DNA of 32,070 bases from an uncultured bacterium. GTDB lineage: Bacteria > Gemmatimonadota > Gemmatimonadetes > Gemmatimonadales > Gemmatimonadaceae. Below are positions 7,802 through 17,262 of the stretch, in pieces (the first letter of the stretch is position 1; the number at the start of each line of letters is the position of its first letter). The stretch covers positions 1 through 32,070 of the forward strand of contig CAXBQP010000035.1 in NCBI GenBank assembly GCA_963978095.1. The letters are read 5' to 3'. The position numbers and the translations under genes are program-made. The notes beneath the pieces were generated by a model that saw nothing but the letters and a program-made list of their open reading frames with translations, did no database searches and was not told the DNA's origin.

Positions 7802-7831
7802 TGTCAGATAAATATATGCGAATATCTGACA
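7802..7831. promoter_or_regulatory. Inverted-repeat operator upstream of abiEi
   Basis: TGTCAGATA (7802-7810), 12 bp spacer, TATCTGACA (7823-7831), 14 bp upstream of the start codon. AbiEi proteins are known to autoregulate through inverted repeats. Confidence 0.7.
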
Positions 7832-7880
7832 TTCGCAACCCTGGTTCGCGCGCAGATCGGCATCGAGACCCCACGAAGCC

Positions 7881-7911
7881 AAAGCGGGGCGCCCCTTTCG
7901 GAGCGCCCCGC
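7881..7911 (-). terminator. Intrinsic terminator downstream of cspA
   Basis: GCGGGGCGC/GCGCCCCGC stem (7884-7911) followed by a short U-run on the minus strand. Confidence 0.65.
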
Positions 7912-7945
7912 CTCTTGGTGCGTGGTTCAGTGACTTGAGCTCAGC

Positions 7946-8158
7946 TCAGCCGCCGACCTTCGTGACGTTCTCAGCCGCCGGGCCCTTCTGGCCCTGCACG
8001 ATGTCGAACTCCACCGCGTCACCCTCGGCCAGGCTCTTGAAGCCCGAGCCCTGGATGGCGCTGTAGTGCACGAAGCAATCCTTCTGCCCGTTGTCGGGGG
8101 TGATGAAGCCGAACCCCTTCGCGTCGTTGAACCACTTCACCTTTCCGGTCGTACGCAT
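7946..8158 (-). CDS. cspA: Cold-shock protein
   Basis: [16 protein letters not shown] (RNP1), CFVHYSAI (RNP2), [17 protein letters not shown] before the ATG at 8158. Confidence 0.97.
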   Translation of the reverse strand: MRTTGKVKWFNDAKGFGFITPDNGQKDCFVHYSAIQGSGFKSLAEGDAVEFDIVQGQKGPAAENVTKVGG

Positions 8159-8389
8159 TCCCAACTCCTGTGTGATGATTGATGCAGGGAGCGGAACACG
8201 CCGTACCCTGACAATCTGTTCTACTTCGCGGGATCCATGAGATCCCCCGCGATGGACCGCTGCGCACCCCCAGTCAAGAACCGAGTGACAATGCGCAACC
8301 CTGAGAACCTACAGATATCCAGTCAAAAGTGCAAGAGCCCGCCCGCCGGCGTGCCCGACCCCGGCAACTCCTCAGGTCCTGACCCCCCC

Positions 8390-8800
8390 CTATGGGATCA
8401 CCTTCACCCCGGAGACGAAGTACTGGGTCTCGCCGAAACAACTCGTCGGGACTCCCACATGCTGTCGGTAGGTCAGGACCACGCGGTGGTTCTGCACCAT
8501 GGCCTCATTGATCACCCCGGCGATCGAGTCGTTCCGCACCGAGAAGTTGAACATCTGGCTCATCGCCCCCGGCATGTTCACCATCGCCAGCTCCCCTTCC
8601 CACGTCTTGCAGACCCACCCCTTCTGGGAGAGCTTCTGCAGGAACCCCGAGCGCTCGCCGCTCGAATAGGTGAAGGTCATGGCGGCGCCGGCCCAGATCG
8701 TGAAGATGAGCGCGGGCACGAGGATCAGGGTGGTGAGCGTCAGCTTCCCCCAGTGACGGCTGAAGAAGCTGGAAGCGGGGCGTGGAGTGGCGTCGGCCAT
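8390..8800 (-). CDS. Conserved hypothetical single-pass membrane protein
   Basis: N-terminal hydrophobic helix, then [27 protein letters not shown]...FNFSV...GETQYFV. Clean high-GC codon pattern. Confidence 0.75.
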   Translation of the reverse strand: MADATPRPASSFFSRHWGKLTLTTLILVPALIFTIWAGAAMTFTYSSGERSGFLQKLSQKGWVCKTWEGELAMVNMPGAMSQMFNFSVRNDSIAGVINEAMVQNHRVVLTYRQHVGVPTSCFGETQYFVSGVKVIP

Positions 8801-8983
8801 GGTCGGGTGCACGGGAGCTGGGGGACAATCCGCGGGGCGCCCTTCGCGCGCCCGCATCGCTGGGTCCGGCCTTCCGTACGGCTCCAGCTCGTAGGAAGTT
8901 GCGCCCCAGCCCCCGCCCCGCCAAGTGGGTGGCTATTTTTCCATCGATCCCCTGCCCCACCTCCGGACCCGAAAGGAGTGCCT

Positions 8984-10201
8984 GTGGTCTTCACGTCCCG
9001 ACGCAAGACAGTCACCGCGATGGTCGGTCAGGTGCCGGTGGGTTCGGCGCACCCGATCGTCGTGCAATCCATGACGAACACGGACACCGCCGATCCGGCG
9101 AGCACCGCCGCGCAGATCGCCGCCCTCGCGACGGCGGGTTCGCAGTTGGTGCGCATCACCGTCAACAACGACGAGGCCGCCGCGGCCGTGCCCGAGATCG
9201 TGCAGCGCTGCGCCGACCTCGGGTGCACGGTGCCGATCATCGGCGACTTCCACTACAACGGGCATCTGTTGCTGGTGAAGTACCCCGAGACGGCGCGCGC
9301 GCTGGCCAAGTACCGCATCAATCCCGGGAACGTGGGGGCCAAGCGCCGCGACGACAACTTCCGCACGATCGTGCAGGTCGCGGTCGACCACGACAAGCCG
9401 GTGCGGATCGGCGTGAACTGGGGATCGCTCGATCAGGACCTGCTGACCTCCATGATGGACGCGAATGCCGCGCTGGCGCAGCCGGCTGACGCGAAGGACG
9501 TCTACATGGAAGCGATGCTCGAGTCGGCGCTCCGGTCAGCGGCGCTCGCCGAAGAGGTGGGGCTCGCGCATGACCGGATCATCATCTCGGCCAAGATCTC
9601 GCAGGTCCAGGATCTGCTCGACTGCTATCGCCGGCTCGCGGTGCGCTGCGACTATCCGTTGCACCTCGGCCTCACCGAAGCGGGACTCGGCACCAAAGGG
9701 GTGGTCGCCACGACCGCCGCGCTCTCGCTCGTCTTGGCCGACGGGATCGGCGACACGATCCGCGTGTCGCTCACGCCGCGACCGGGCGGCGATCGCACGG
9801 AAGAGGTGTTCGTCGCGCAACAGGTGTTGCAGTCCCTCGGCTTGCGATCCTTCACACCGCAGGTGACGGCGTGCCCCGGCTGTGGTCGGACGACGTCCAC
9901 CTTCTTTCAGAAGATGGCCGAGGATATCCAGGGGTATCTGCGCGAGCAGATGCCCGTGTGGCGCGGGGTGCATCCCGGCGTGGAAGAAATGAAGGTGGCC
10001 GTGATGGGATGCGTGGTGAATGGTCCCGGCGAGTCGAAACACGCGAACATCGGGATCTCGCTCCCCGGGACGTTCGAGGAGCCCAAAGCGCCGGTGTACG
10101 TGGACGGTGCGTTGCGCGTCACGCTCAAGGGGGACCACATCGTGCCGGAGTTCCTGGAGATCCTGAACGGCTACGTGGAGCAGCGGTATCCGAAGGCGTG
10201 A
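8984..10201 (+). CDS. ispG: (E)-4-hydroxy-3-methylbut-2-enyl-diphosphate synthase
   Basis: [64 protein letters not shown] start after AAGGAG. Confidence 0.97.
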   Translation: MVFTSRRKTVTAMVGQVPVGSAHPIVVQSMTNTDTADPASTAAQIAALATAGSQLVRITVNNDEAAAAVPEIVQRCADLGCTVPIIGDFHYNGHLLLVKYPETARALAKYRINPGNVGAKRRDDNFRTIVQVAVDHDKPVRIGVNWGSLDQDLLTSMMDANAALAQPADAKDVYMEAMLESALRSAALAEEVGLAHDRIIISAKISQVQDLLDCYRRLAVRCDYPLHLGLTEAGLGTKGVVATTAALSLVLADGIGDTIRVSLTPRPGGDRTEEVFVAQQVLQSLGLRSFTPQVTACPGCGRTTSTFFQKMAEDIQGYLREQMPVWRGVHPGVEEMKVAVMGCVVNGPGESKHANIGISLPGTFEEPKAPVYVDGALRVTLKGDHIVPEFLEILNGYVEQRYPKA

Positions 10202-10235
10202 GCGTTCGCGGGCAGGGCAGGGACGTGAAGCGGGA

Positions 10236-10838
10236 TCAGTTGCCGAAGTGCGATAGCTCCGCGCTCACCGATTTCAGCTCTTCGAGGATCGTGCCGTTGA
10301 ATCCGATCTCGACGAGTCGCTCGTAGACCGCGCGGTACCAGCGTTCGGTGCCGACGCGGCCGGCAGCGAAGCGGCTCCAGACGCTATCCGGATCGACCGT
10401 GCGCCCCAAGTCGGCGAGGAGGGAAGAGCCGTTGTGCACATGGTCGGCGGCGGCGAGCCAGCGCGAGCGCTGCCCGGAGCGCGCGAGGCGCGCCAGGTAG
10501 TCGGCGCGCTGTTCGTCGCGATCCATTTCGTAGCCGTCGTCGTCGAACTTGCGGGTCGCGATCGCGATGGTGGTGTCGAGCACGTCGGCACCGAACTTCT
10601 CTTCGAGGCGATCGGCGATTTCTTCGCGCGTCCAGCCGTCGCGCGTGTAGTCCTCCACCACATTGAGCAGGATGCCGCTGACGACGGTGTCCTCATCCTG
10701 CCCATAGCGGGTGAGGATGAGTGCGACATTCGCGGGATGCGTGAGGTAGGGCAGGCGCGTGCCTTTCCGGACCTCGCGGTCATGGTGCTTCGCGGCGAAA
10801 GCGAAGGCGTGATTGATGCGATCGGAGTAGCCGGTCAT
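10236..10838 (-). CDS. RelA/SpoT hydrolase-like (small alarmone hydrolase-type) HD-domain protein with a degenerate HD motif
   Basis: AFAAKHH..VRKGTRLPYLTHP..VA, GILLNVVED (normally LLHDVVED), FGADV, AADHVHN. Confidence 0.82.
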   Translation of the reverse strand: MTGYSDRINHAFAFAAKHHDREVRKGTRLPYLTHPANVALILTRYGQDEDTVVSGILLNVVEDYTRDGWTREEIADRLEEKFGADVLDTTIAIATRKFDDDGYEMDRDEQRADYLARLARSGQRSRWLAAADHVHNGSSLLADLGRTVDPDSVWSRFAAGRVGTERWYRAVYERLVEIGFNGTILEELKSVSAELSHFGN

Positions 10839-11057
10839 CCGTGGGATCGCGATCGAGGGAAGGACAGTGGAGTTCTTGCGGGAAAGGTAGCGGAGTCGCC
10901 AAGGGCGCGCGAGCGGATGCTGGCAGGTCGTCGCCTTGGATCGGAGCGTCTTGGAGCGCAAAAAGTGGTGGAAAGTCCTAAAAATGACCCTATGATGGTG
11001 CTATAATGTTCTATTATTGACGCGATATTCTGCATTTTTTCCATCTTTTCGGCAACG

Positions 11058-11094
11058 AAAAAGGCGGGGCACCCGGAACGGGTGCCCCGCCTTT
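11058..11094. terminator. Intrinsic terminator after the cupredoxin gene (possibly bidirectional)
   Basis: AAAAA-GGCGGGGCACCCG-gaa-CGGGTGCCCCGCC-TTT, a 13 bp perfect stem. Confidence 0.88.
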
Positions 11095-11117
11095 GTGCGT
11101 CCTGGTGCGATCCGCGC

Positions 11118-11609
11118 TTACTGGACCGTGACCTTGATCTTCATGTTCATCGCGAGGTGCGGGGTGCAATGGAACTCGTACACACCGGCCTTGATGCCAC
11201 CGAACGAGATCGTGGTCGACTCGCCGGCGTTGAGGAGCATCTTGCTCGAGAGTTCGCCCATCTTGTCGGCGCCGAAGTTCGCGTCGAGCGCGCTCTTGAC
11301 GTCGGCCGGCACGGCGGCCGGATCGATGGCGACGTTGTGCGGGCCGCCCGAGACGAAGGTGAACTTGATGCCGTCGCCCGCCTTCACGGTGATCGCGGCC
11401 GGCTCGAACTTATAGCCCGAGGCGTCGCCGATCATCTTCACTTCGTGAGTCGTCCCGGTGATCGGGGCAACGCCACCGGCCGGAGCCGCCGCCGCCGGAG
11501 CGGCCGCCGGAGCGGCCTCGGGAGCCTTCGCCTCTTCAGCCTTCTTCTCACCGCCGCAAGCGGCGAGCACCACAGCGCTCGAGAGGAGCGCGAAACGGAT
11601 GGAACGCAT
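11118..11609 (-). CDS. Plastocyanin/azurin-family type-1 blue copper lipoprotein
   Basis: Lipobox VLAAC, Ala/Pro linker, GGPHNV and YEFHCTPHLAMNM (His, Cys, His, Met ligands). Confidence 0.93.
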   Translation of the reverse strand: MRSIRFALLSSAVVLAACGGEKKAEEAKAPEAAPAAAPAAAAPAGGVAPITGTTHEVKMIGDASGYKFEPAAITVKAGDGIKFTFVSGGPHNVAIDPAAVPADVKSALDANFGADKMGELSSKMLLNAGESTTISFGGIKAGVYEFHCTPHLAMNMKIKVTVQ

Positions 11610-11720
11610 GTGTCTACAGCCTCCAGTACAGTCTGTACGAATGGGATGGAATTCCAGCGCCGGGGTGATCAAGCCCCAGCCTTGTGAAATTATTCACAAC
11701 ACCCCCATAACGCAACCGTT

Positions 11721-12467
11721 TCACCCGCGGTTCCCGCCCGGCGTGGCCCGCCCCTTGGCCACGGAATCCTGAAGCTGTTTGAGGCGCGCCGAGTCGATGA
11801 CTTTCTTGGTGGGAATCGCCAGCGGGGGAGGGGGGGCCGTCTCCGGCTTCCCGGCCTCGTACGCCGTGAGGACCTGCTCCATCCACCCCCAGTCCTGCGC
11901 GCCGAAATAGGGCTTCCCGTTCACCACGAAGGCGGGAGTCCCGCGCACCCCGGTCTGACGGGCCAGGTCGTCCGCGGCGTCCAACCGCCGCTGGTGCTCC
12001 TTGCTGGCGGCACAGCGCGCGAAACGGGCGGTGTCCACCCCGAGCTCCTGCGCATACCCCTGCAGGATAGCCGGGATGTCACCGGCGCGCTTCCAGCTGT
12101 CCTGGCGCGCGAACAGCAACTCATGCATCTCCCACCATTTCCCCTGTTCGGCGGCGCACACGGTCGCGGCACTCCCGGCCACACTCCCGCGGTGCCACGC
12201 CAGATCGATGACGGTCAACTGCAGCTTCTTGGCCGCCACCCACTGCGTGCGGATCGGTTCCGCCGCCTGCTGCGAGAACTGGCGGCAGTCGTCGCACACG
12301 AGGTCGTCGAAGTACAGGACCCTGATCGGCGCGGTCGCATCGCCTTCGACATGCGCGATCGCGGCGGCCATGGTGTCGCCCGTGGCGGGCGCACTCTTCT
12401 GGCACGCCGAGCTCACAAGGAGCGCCACCACCGACCACACACCGCGCTGCAGGAACCACCGCTTCAT
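11721..12467 (-). CDS. DsbA/thioredoxin-fold oxidoreductase, probable lipoprotein
   Basis: Start MKRWFLQ, VSSAC lipobox-like; GDATAPIRVLYFDDLVCDDC, CAAEQGKWWEMHELLF, GVRGTPAFVVNG. Confidence 0.88.
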   Translation of the reverse strand: MKRWFLQRGVWSVVALLVSSACQKSAPATGDTMAAAIAHVEGDATAPIRVLYFDDLVCDDCRQFSQQAAEPIRTQWVAAKKLQLTVIDLAWHRGSVAGSAATVCAAEQGKWWEMHELLFARQDSWKRAGDIPAILQGYAQELGVDTARFARCAASKEHQRRLDAADDLARQTGVRGTPAFVVNGKPYFGAQDWGWMEQVLTAYEAGKPETAPPPPLAIPTKKVIDSARLKQLQDSVAKGRATPGGNRG

Positions 12468-12515
12468 GACGGACTCCGTTCGAGGGGACGTCGTGGGGTC
12501 GTCGCCTCCCCCACG

Positions 12516-12544
12516 TTGACTGCGGCACCCCATGAGACTACACT
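12516..12544 (+). promoter_or_regulatory. sigma70-type promoter of the his operon
   Basis: TTGACT (12516-12521), 17 bp spacer, TACACT (12539-12544). Confidence 0.75.
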
Positions 12545-12554
12545 TCGCTCCACA

Positions 12555-12653
12555 ATGCGCCAGACGCTCCCGCGGACGCTCGTCCACCATCGCCATCATC
12601 ATCACGCCCCGACGGGTCGTGTCATTGATGCGCGTGTCCGGATGTCCGCCTAG
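12555..12653 (+). CDS. hisL: his operon leader peptide
   Basis: MRQTLPRTLVHHRHHHHAPTGRVIDARVRMSA*: six His codons clustered at 12585-12605, located between the promoter and the attenuator. Confidence 0.82.
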   Translation: MRQTLPRTLVHHRHHHHAPTGRVIDARVRMSA

Positions 12654-12685
12654 CGCCACGGCGACCCACTGCACCGCCCAATGCC

Positions 12686-12715
12686 CGGCCCGTCCACTTC
12701 TGGACGGGCCGTTTT
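12686..12715 (+). terminator. his attenuator terminator
   Basis: CGGCCCGTCCA-cttc-TGGACGGGCCG-TTTT. Its 5' arm can alternatively pair with GACGGGTCG (12611-12619). Confidence 0.85.
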
Positions 12716-12748
12716 CGTTGCTCACCCTTCTGGTGTCAGGTCTTCCCC

Positions 12749-13612
12749 ATGCTCCGCATAGCGCTCCCCAACAAAGGACGGCTCAATCTCGACTGTCGCG
12801 AGCTGCTCGGTGATGCCGGGCTCGAGGTCCGCGCGAGCTCCGAACGGTCGCTCACGGCTTCCCTGGGCGGCGAGTTCGAGGCGATCTTCGTGCGTGCGCA
12901 GGACATTCCGGAGCTCGTCGCCGATGGCGCGGCCGACGCGGGGATCACGGGGTGGGATCTGGTGCGGGAATCGGATCGCCCCCTGACGTCGCGGCTGGAT
13001 CTGGAGTTCGGGCGCTGCCGGTTGGTGGTGGCGTCGCGCGAGGAGAGCGGGGTGACGTCGGTCGAGGCGATCACGGGTACGCCGCGCGTGGCCACGGTCT
13101 TCCCGCATCTGACCCGGCAGTTCTTCGAGCAGGCGGGCAAGCCGATCGTCGTGGTCCCGGTGAGCGGCGCGGTGGAGGTGACGCCGCACCTGGGGATCGC
13201 GGATCTGATCGTGGATCTCTCGAGTACCGGGAGCACGCTGAAGGTGAACGGTCTCAAGGAGATCGCATCGGTGCTGCAGTCGTCGGCGCGCCTGATCACG
13301 CGGGCGGCGCCGTCCGACGACCCCACGCGGGCGGCGGCACTCGACGAACTGACGTCGGCGCTGCAGTCGGTGGTGGCCGCCCGCAGCAAGCGCTATGTGA
13401 TGGCCAATGTCCCGCGGGCGCAGCTGGACGAGGTGCGGCGGGTGTTGCCCGGAATCACCGGCCCGACGGTCATCGATCTGATGAACGACGGCGTGATGGT
13501 GGCGGTGCACTCGGTGGTCGATGCCAAGGGGTTGTACCGGACGATCCGCGATCTCAAGAAGTTGGGCGGCGAGGGAATTCTCGTGACGCGCATCGAGCGG
13601 CTCACCGCATGA
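12749..13612 (+). CDS. hisG: ATP phosphoribosyltransferase (long form)
   Basis: LRIALPNKGRL, VRAQDIP, GITGWD, GAVEVTP.LGIADLIVDL, C-terminal PGITGPTV regulatory domain. Confidence 0.97.
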   Translation: MLRIALPNKGRLNLDCRELLGDAGLEVRASSERSLTASLGGEFEAIFVRAQDIPELVADGAADAGITGWDLVRESDRPLTSRLDLEFGRCRLVVASREESGVTSVEAITGTPRVATVFPHLTRQFFEQAGKPIVVVPVSGAVEVTPHLGIADLIVDLSSTGSTLKVNGLKEIASVLQSSARLITRAAPSDDPTRAAALDELTSALQSVVAARSKRYVMANVPRAQLDEVRRVLPGITGPTVIDLMNDGVMVAVHSVVDAKGLYRTIRDLKKLGGEGILVTRIERLTA

Positions 13613-14913
13613 GCGGCGTGACCTTCGCGGCGCTCGGGCCGCTCACGGCGCTGCGCGATACCGCGCGGGCGGCGCTCATGGACCGTGCGACGAGCCGCGA
13701 CGCCGGGATCCGCGACCGCACGGCCGCGGTGGTGGAGCGGGTGCGCCGCGACGGCGACGTGGCATTGCGCGAGATGGCACGCGAGTTCGACGGCGTGACG
13801 CTGACGTCGCTCGAGGTGCCACGCACGCTCTGGCGCGCAGCGCTCGACGGGCTGGATCCGGACGTGCGGCGCGTCTTGGAGCGTGCCGCCGCGAACATCC
13901 GCACGGTACATGAGGCGTTCCGTCCGGTGTCGAGCGAGGTCACGACCGTCGATGGCGTGCGGATCGGGCGTCGTCCGGACCCGCTCGGGCGCGTGGGTGT
14001 GTACGCGCCCGGCGGGCGGGCGACGTATCCGAGTTCGTTGCTGATGGGTGCCGTGCCGGCGCGCGTCGCCGGCGTGGGTGAGGTGATCGTCTGCTCGCCG
14101 CCGGATGCGTCCGGGCGGCCCTCTGCCGTCCTGATGGCGGCGGCGGCGATCGCTGGCGTGGACCGAATGTTCGCCATCGGCGGGGCTGGTGCGGTGGCGG
14201 CGATGGCCTACGGTACGGAGACGGTGCCCGCGGTGGACCGGATCGTCGGACCGGGCAATGCGTACGTGGCCGAGGCCAAGTTGCAGGTCGCGGGCGCGGT
14301 CGCGATCGATGCGCCCGCGGGGCCATCGGAGCTGTTGGTGATCGCGGACGCGTTCGCGGATCCGGTCGTCGTGGCCACCGAGATGATCGCGCAGGCGGAG
14401 CACGACCCGCTCGCATCGGTGGTGTTGGTGACCTGGGCGCCGGAACTCGCCACGCGCGTGGTGCTGGCGCTCGAACGGCTCGTGCCGCTCACACCGCGCG
14501 CGGACATCGTGCGGGCGTCGTTCGCGGCGAAGGGCGGAGTGGTGACCGTCGCCACGCGCGCGGAGGCGATCGCCTTCGGGTCGGCGTACGCGGCGGAGCA
14601 TGCGCTGATCGCCACGCGCGACGCGCGCGCGGTGGCGGCGGAGTTGCGCAACGCCGGCACGATCTTCGTCGGCGAGACCGCGAGCGTCGCCTTCGGCGAC
14701 TACCTGTCCGGTGCGAACCATGTGTTGCCCACCGGCGGGATGGCGCGCAGTTATTCGGGGCTCTCCACGCTTGATTTCTATCGTTGGACCACCTGGCAGG
14801 TGATCGATCAGGCCGCCGCGGGAACGCTGGCGGCCGATGTCGGTTGCTTTGCCGATGCCGAAGGGTTGCCCGGTCACGCCGCGGCGGCCCGTCAATGGAT
14901 GAGGATCGCATGA
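13609..14913 (+). CDS. hisD: Histidinol dehydrogenase
   Basis: VGVYAPGG, IVGPGNAYVAEAK, AGPSE, QAEHD, GDYLSGANHVLPT. ATGA overlap with hisG. Confidence 0.97.
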   Translation: MSGVTFAALGPLTALRDTARAALMDRATSRDAGIRDRTAAVVERVRRDGDVALREMAREFDGVTLTSLEVPRTLWRAALDGLDPDVRRVLERAAANIRTVHEAFRPVSSEVTTVDGVRIGRRPDPLGRVGVYAPGGRATYPSSLLMGAVPARVAGVGEVIVCSPPDASGRPSAVLMAAAAIAGVDRMFAIGGAGAVAAMAYGTETVPAVDRIVGPGNAYVAEAKLQVAGAVAIDAPAGPSELLVIADAFADPVVVATEMIAQAEHDPLASVVLVTWAPELATRVVLALERLVPLTPRADIVRASFAAKGGVVTVATRAEAIAFGSAYAAEHALIATRDARAVAAELRNAGTIFVGETASVAFGDYLSGANHVLPTGGMARSYSGLSTLDFYRWTTWQVIDQAAAGTLAADVGCFADAEGLPGHAAAARQWMRIA

Positions 14914-15956
14914 CGCAACGCACGCCAGCGGAACTCGCCCGCGAGGGCTTCTCCTCGATCCCGCGCTATGGCGCGGGGGCGACGGTCGAGGTGAATCTCG
15001 CCGACAACACGAATCTCTGGGGCACCCCGCCACAGGCCGCGGCGGTGTTGCGCGAGGGAGCGAATGTCGCGGAGTATCCGGATCTCTACGGCCAGTCGCT
15101 CAAGGAGGCGGTGGCCGCGATGGCGGGGATCGCGCCGGAGTGCGTGGTCACGGGCAACGGCTCTGATGACATCCTCGATTGCGCGATCCGGGCCTTCGCG
15201 GCGCCGGGCGACACGATCGCACACCCGGACCCGACGTTCGTGATGCTTCCGGTCTTCGGGCGCATCAACGGGGTGACGCCGATCGCGGTGCCGTTGACCG
15301 CCACGTACGCGATGGATGTCGACGCCCTGCTCGCGACGCAGGCGCGGATCATCTACCTGTGCCAGCCCAACAATCCGACGGCCACGACGACACCGGCGGC
15401 CGACATCCGTCGTGTGATCGCGGAGGCGCCGGGCCTCGTGATCCTCGATGAGGCGTACGCCGAGTTCTCGGGTGATGCGGGATTGCTCGCCGAGGCGCCG
15501 GCGTTGGGGCGGGTGGTGGTGGCGCGCACGTTGTCCAAGGCATACGGGCTCGCCGGACTGCGTGTCGGGTATGGGGTGGCCTCGCGCGAGATCGTGGAGA
15601 CGATCGAACGGTCCCGCGGACCGTACAAGTTGAACGCGCTCGCGGAGCGGGCCGCGGTGGCGGCCATGACGCGCGACCGTGAGTGGGTCGTGGCGCGCGC
15701 GGCCGAAGCGGTCGCGAATCGGGATCGTCTGGCGGCGGCGTTGGCGACACGCGGACTCGTGGCGCTTCCCTCGGCGACGAACTTCCTCTGCGTGCCCACC
15801 GCACGCGCGATGGACTACGCCGCGGCGGCGCGCACGGCCGGCGTCGGAATCCGGGCCTTCGCCGCACTTCCTGGCATCGGGGGCGCGTTGCGCATCACCG
15901 CCGGCCCGTGGCCGATCATGGAACGACTCCTGGCTGCACTCGATACGGTGGCCTGA
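14910..15956 (+). CDS. hisC: Histidinol-phosphate aminotransferase
   Basis: GNGSDD, PNNPT, DEAY, RTLSKAYGLAGLRVGY (PLP lysine). ATGA overlap with hisD. Confidence 0.95.
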   Translation: MTQRTPAELAREGFSSIPRYGAGATVEVNLADNTNLWGTPPQAAAVLREGANVAEYPDLYGQSLKEAVAAMAGIAPECVVTGNGSDDILDCAIRAFAAPGDTIAHPDPTFVMLPVFGRINGVTPIAVPLTATYAMDVDALLATQARIIYLCQPNNPTATTTPAADIRRVIAEAPGLVILDEAYAEFSGDAGLLAEAPALGRVVVARTLSKAYGLAGLRVGYGVASREIVETIERSRGPYKLNALAERAAVAAMTRDREWVVARAAEAVANRDRLAAALATRGLVALPSATNFLCVPTARAMDYAAAARTAGVGIRAFAALPGIGGALRITAGPWPIMERLLAALDTVA

Positions 15957-16546
15957 TGCGCATCACGCTGTTCGATTACGGCGCCGGGAATCTCCACTCG
16001 CTGGCGAAAGCCCTGCGAGGGGACGGGCGCTCCGTGGTGCTGGAGACCGATCCGCACGCCGCGCTGGCGACCGACGTGCTCGTGCTGCCCGGGGTCGGCG
16101 CCTTCGCGCCGGCGGCCGCAGCGCTCGCGCCGGCCCGCCGGGCGATGCGTGATGCGATGCGTGGAGGGCTCCCGACACTCGGCATCTGCCTTGGCATGCA
16201 GCTCATGTTCGACGCGAGCGATGAAGGCGCGGGCGCGGGACTCGGGGTGTTCGCAGGGCGCGTGACGCCGATACATGCGCCACAACTGCCGCAGATCGGA
16301 TGGAACACGCTCGACGAGGTGACGGATCCGTCGATCCGCGCGGCACGGCTCGATACGGCGTACTATGCGAACAGCTTTGTGTGCCGCCCGACGGACGCGG
16401 CCGTGGTGACCGCATGGTCGTCGCACGGCGGCGACCGCTTTCCCGCGGCCGTACGCACGGCACGAACCCTAGGCGTGCAGTTCCACCCCGAGAAGAGTTC
16501 TGCGCCCGGCGTTCGGTTCATCCAGTCATTCCTCCAGTCCATGTGA
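15956..16546 (+). CDS. hisH: Imidazole glycerol phosphate synthase, glutamine amidotransferase subunit
   Basis: DYGAGNLHS, LPGVGAF, GICLGMQ, QFHPEKS. Confidence 0.96.
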   Translation: MRITLFDYGAGNLHSLAKALRGDGRSVVLETDPHAALATDVLVLPGVGAFAPAAAALAPARRAMRDAMRGGLPTLGICLGMQLMFDASDEGAGAGLGVFAGRVTPIHAPQLPQIGWNTLDEVTDPSIRAARLDTAYYANSFVCRPTDAAVVTAWSSHGGDRFPAAVRTARTLGVQFHPEKSSAPGVRFIQSFLQSM

Positions 16547-17262
16547 TGATGCTTGCGATTCCGGCCATCGATCTGCGAGAAGGGAAGGTCGTCCAGTTGG
16601 TGGGCGGCGATTATGCCAACGAGGCGGTGCGCCTCGACAACCCGGTGGAGGTCGCGCGCGAGTGGGTTCGCGCGGGCTTCACGCGGCTGCACTGCGTGGA
16701 CCTGGATGCGGCGACGGGGCGGGGCACCAATCATGCGGCGATCCGCACCCTCCTCGACGACGACGAGGCGCTGTTCCAGGTCGGCGGGGGGATCCGCACC
16801 GCCGATCGGGTGCAGGCGTTGCTCGAGGCGGGGGCCGCGTTCGTCGTGGTGGGCACCCGTGCGATCGAGGAGACGGACTGGATGGTCGAGATTGCCGATG
16901 CGCATCCGGGACAGATCATCGTCGCGGCGGATGTCCGCGAGCGGAAGATCACCACCCGCGGCTGGGTCAAGGACACCAACAGGCATGTCGTGGACTTCGT
17001 CGAGGAGTTCTCCCCGCTCCCTCTGGCGGGTTTCCTCGTGACCGCGGTACATCGCGAGGGGTTGATGGGCGGGACCGACATGCGGCTCATGGAGGATGTC
17101 GCCGAGGCGAGCGCCCATCCGGTGTTCGCTTCGGGCGGGATTTCCTCGCTCGGCGAGTTGCGGGCGCTCGATGACATCGGCATCGCCGGCGCCGTGCTCG
17201 GCATGGCACTCTATACTGGAGCCTTGGACCCGCGCGCCGTCGCGGAGGAGTTCGGACGATGA
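16546..17262 (+). CDS. hisA: ProFAR isomerase
   Basis: IPAIDLREGKVVQL, HCVDLDAA, QVGGGIR, ASGGI. Confidence 0.95.
   Translation: MMLAIPAIDLREGKVVQLVGGDYANEAVRLDNPVEVAREWVRAGFTRLHCVDLDAATGRGTNHAAIRTLLDDDEALFQVGGGIRTADRVQALLEAGAAFVVVGTRAIEETDWMVEIADAHPGQIIVAADVRERKITTRGWVKDTNRHVVDFVEEFSPLPLAGFLVTAVHREGLMGGTDMRLMEDVAEASAHPVFASGGISSLGELRALDDIGIAGAVLGMALYTGALDPRAVAEEFGR

Noticed and set aside
8237..8983. Apparent 250-aa N-terminal fusion on IspG
   Set aside because: Antisense shadow of the 8390..8800 gene; the real start follows AAGGAG at ~8973.
12952..13608. N-terminal extensions on HisD and other his ORFs, and on the M16/MurB ORFs
   Set aside because: Off-frame or antisense reads of neighbouring genes; the true his starts are at stop/start overlaps.
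13393..15033. 546-aa minus-strand ORF
   Set aside because: Antisense shadow of hisD with no domain signal.
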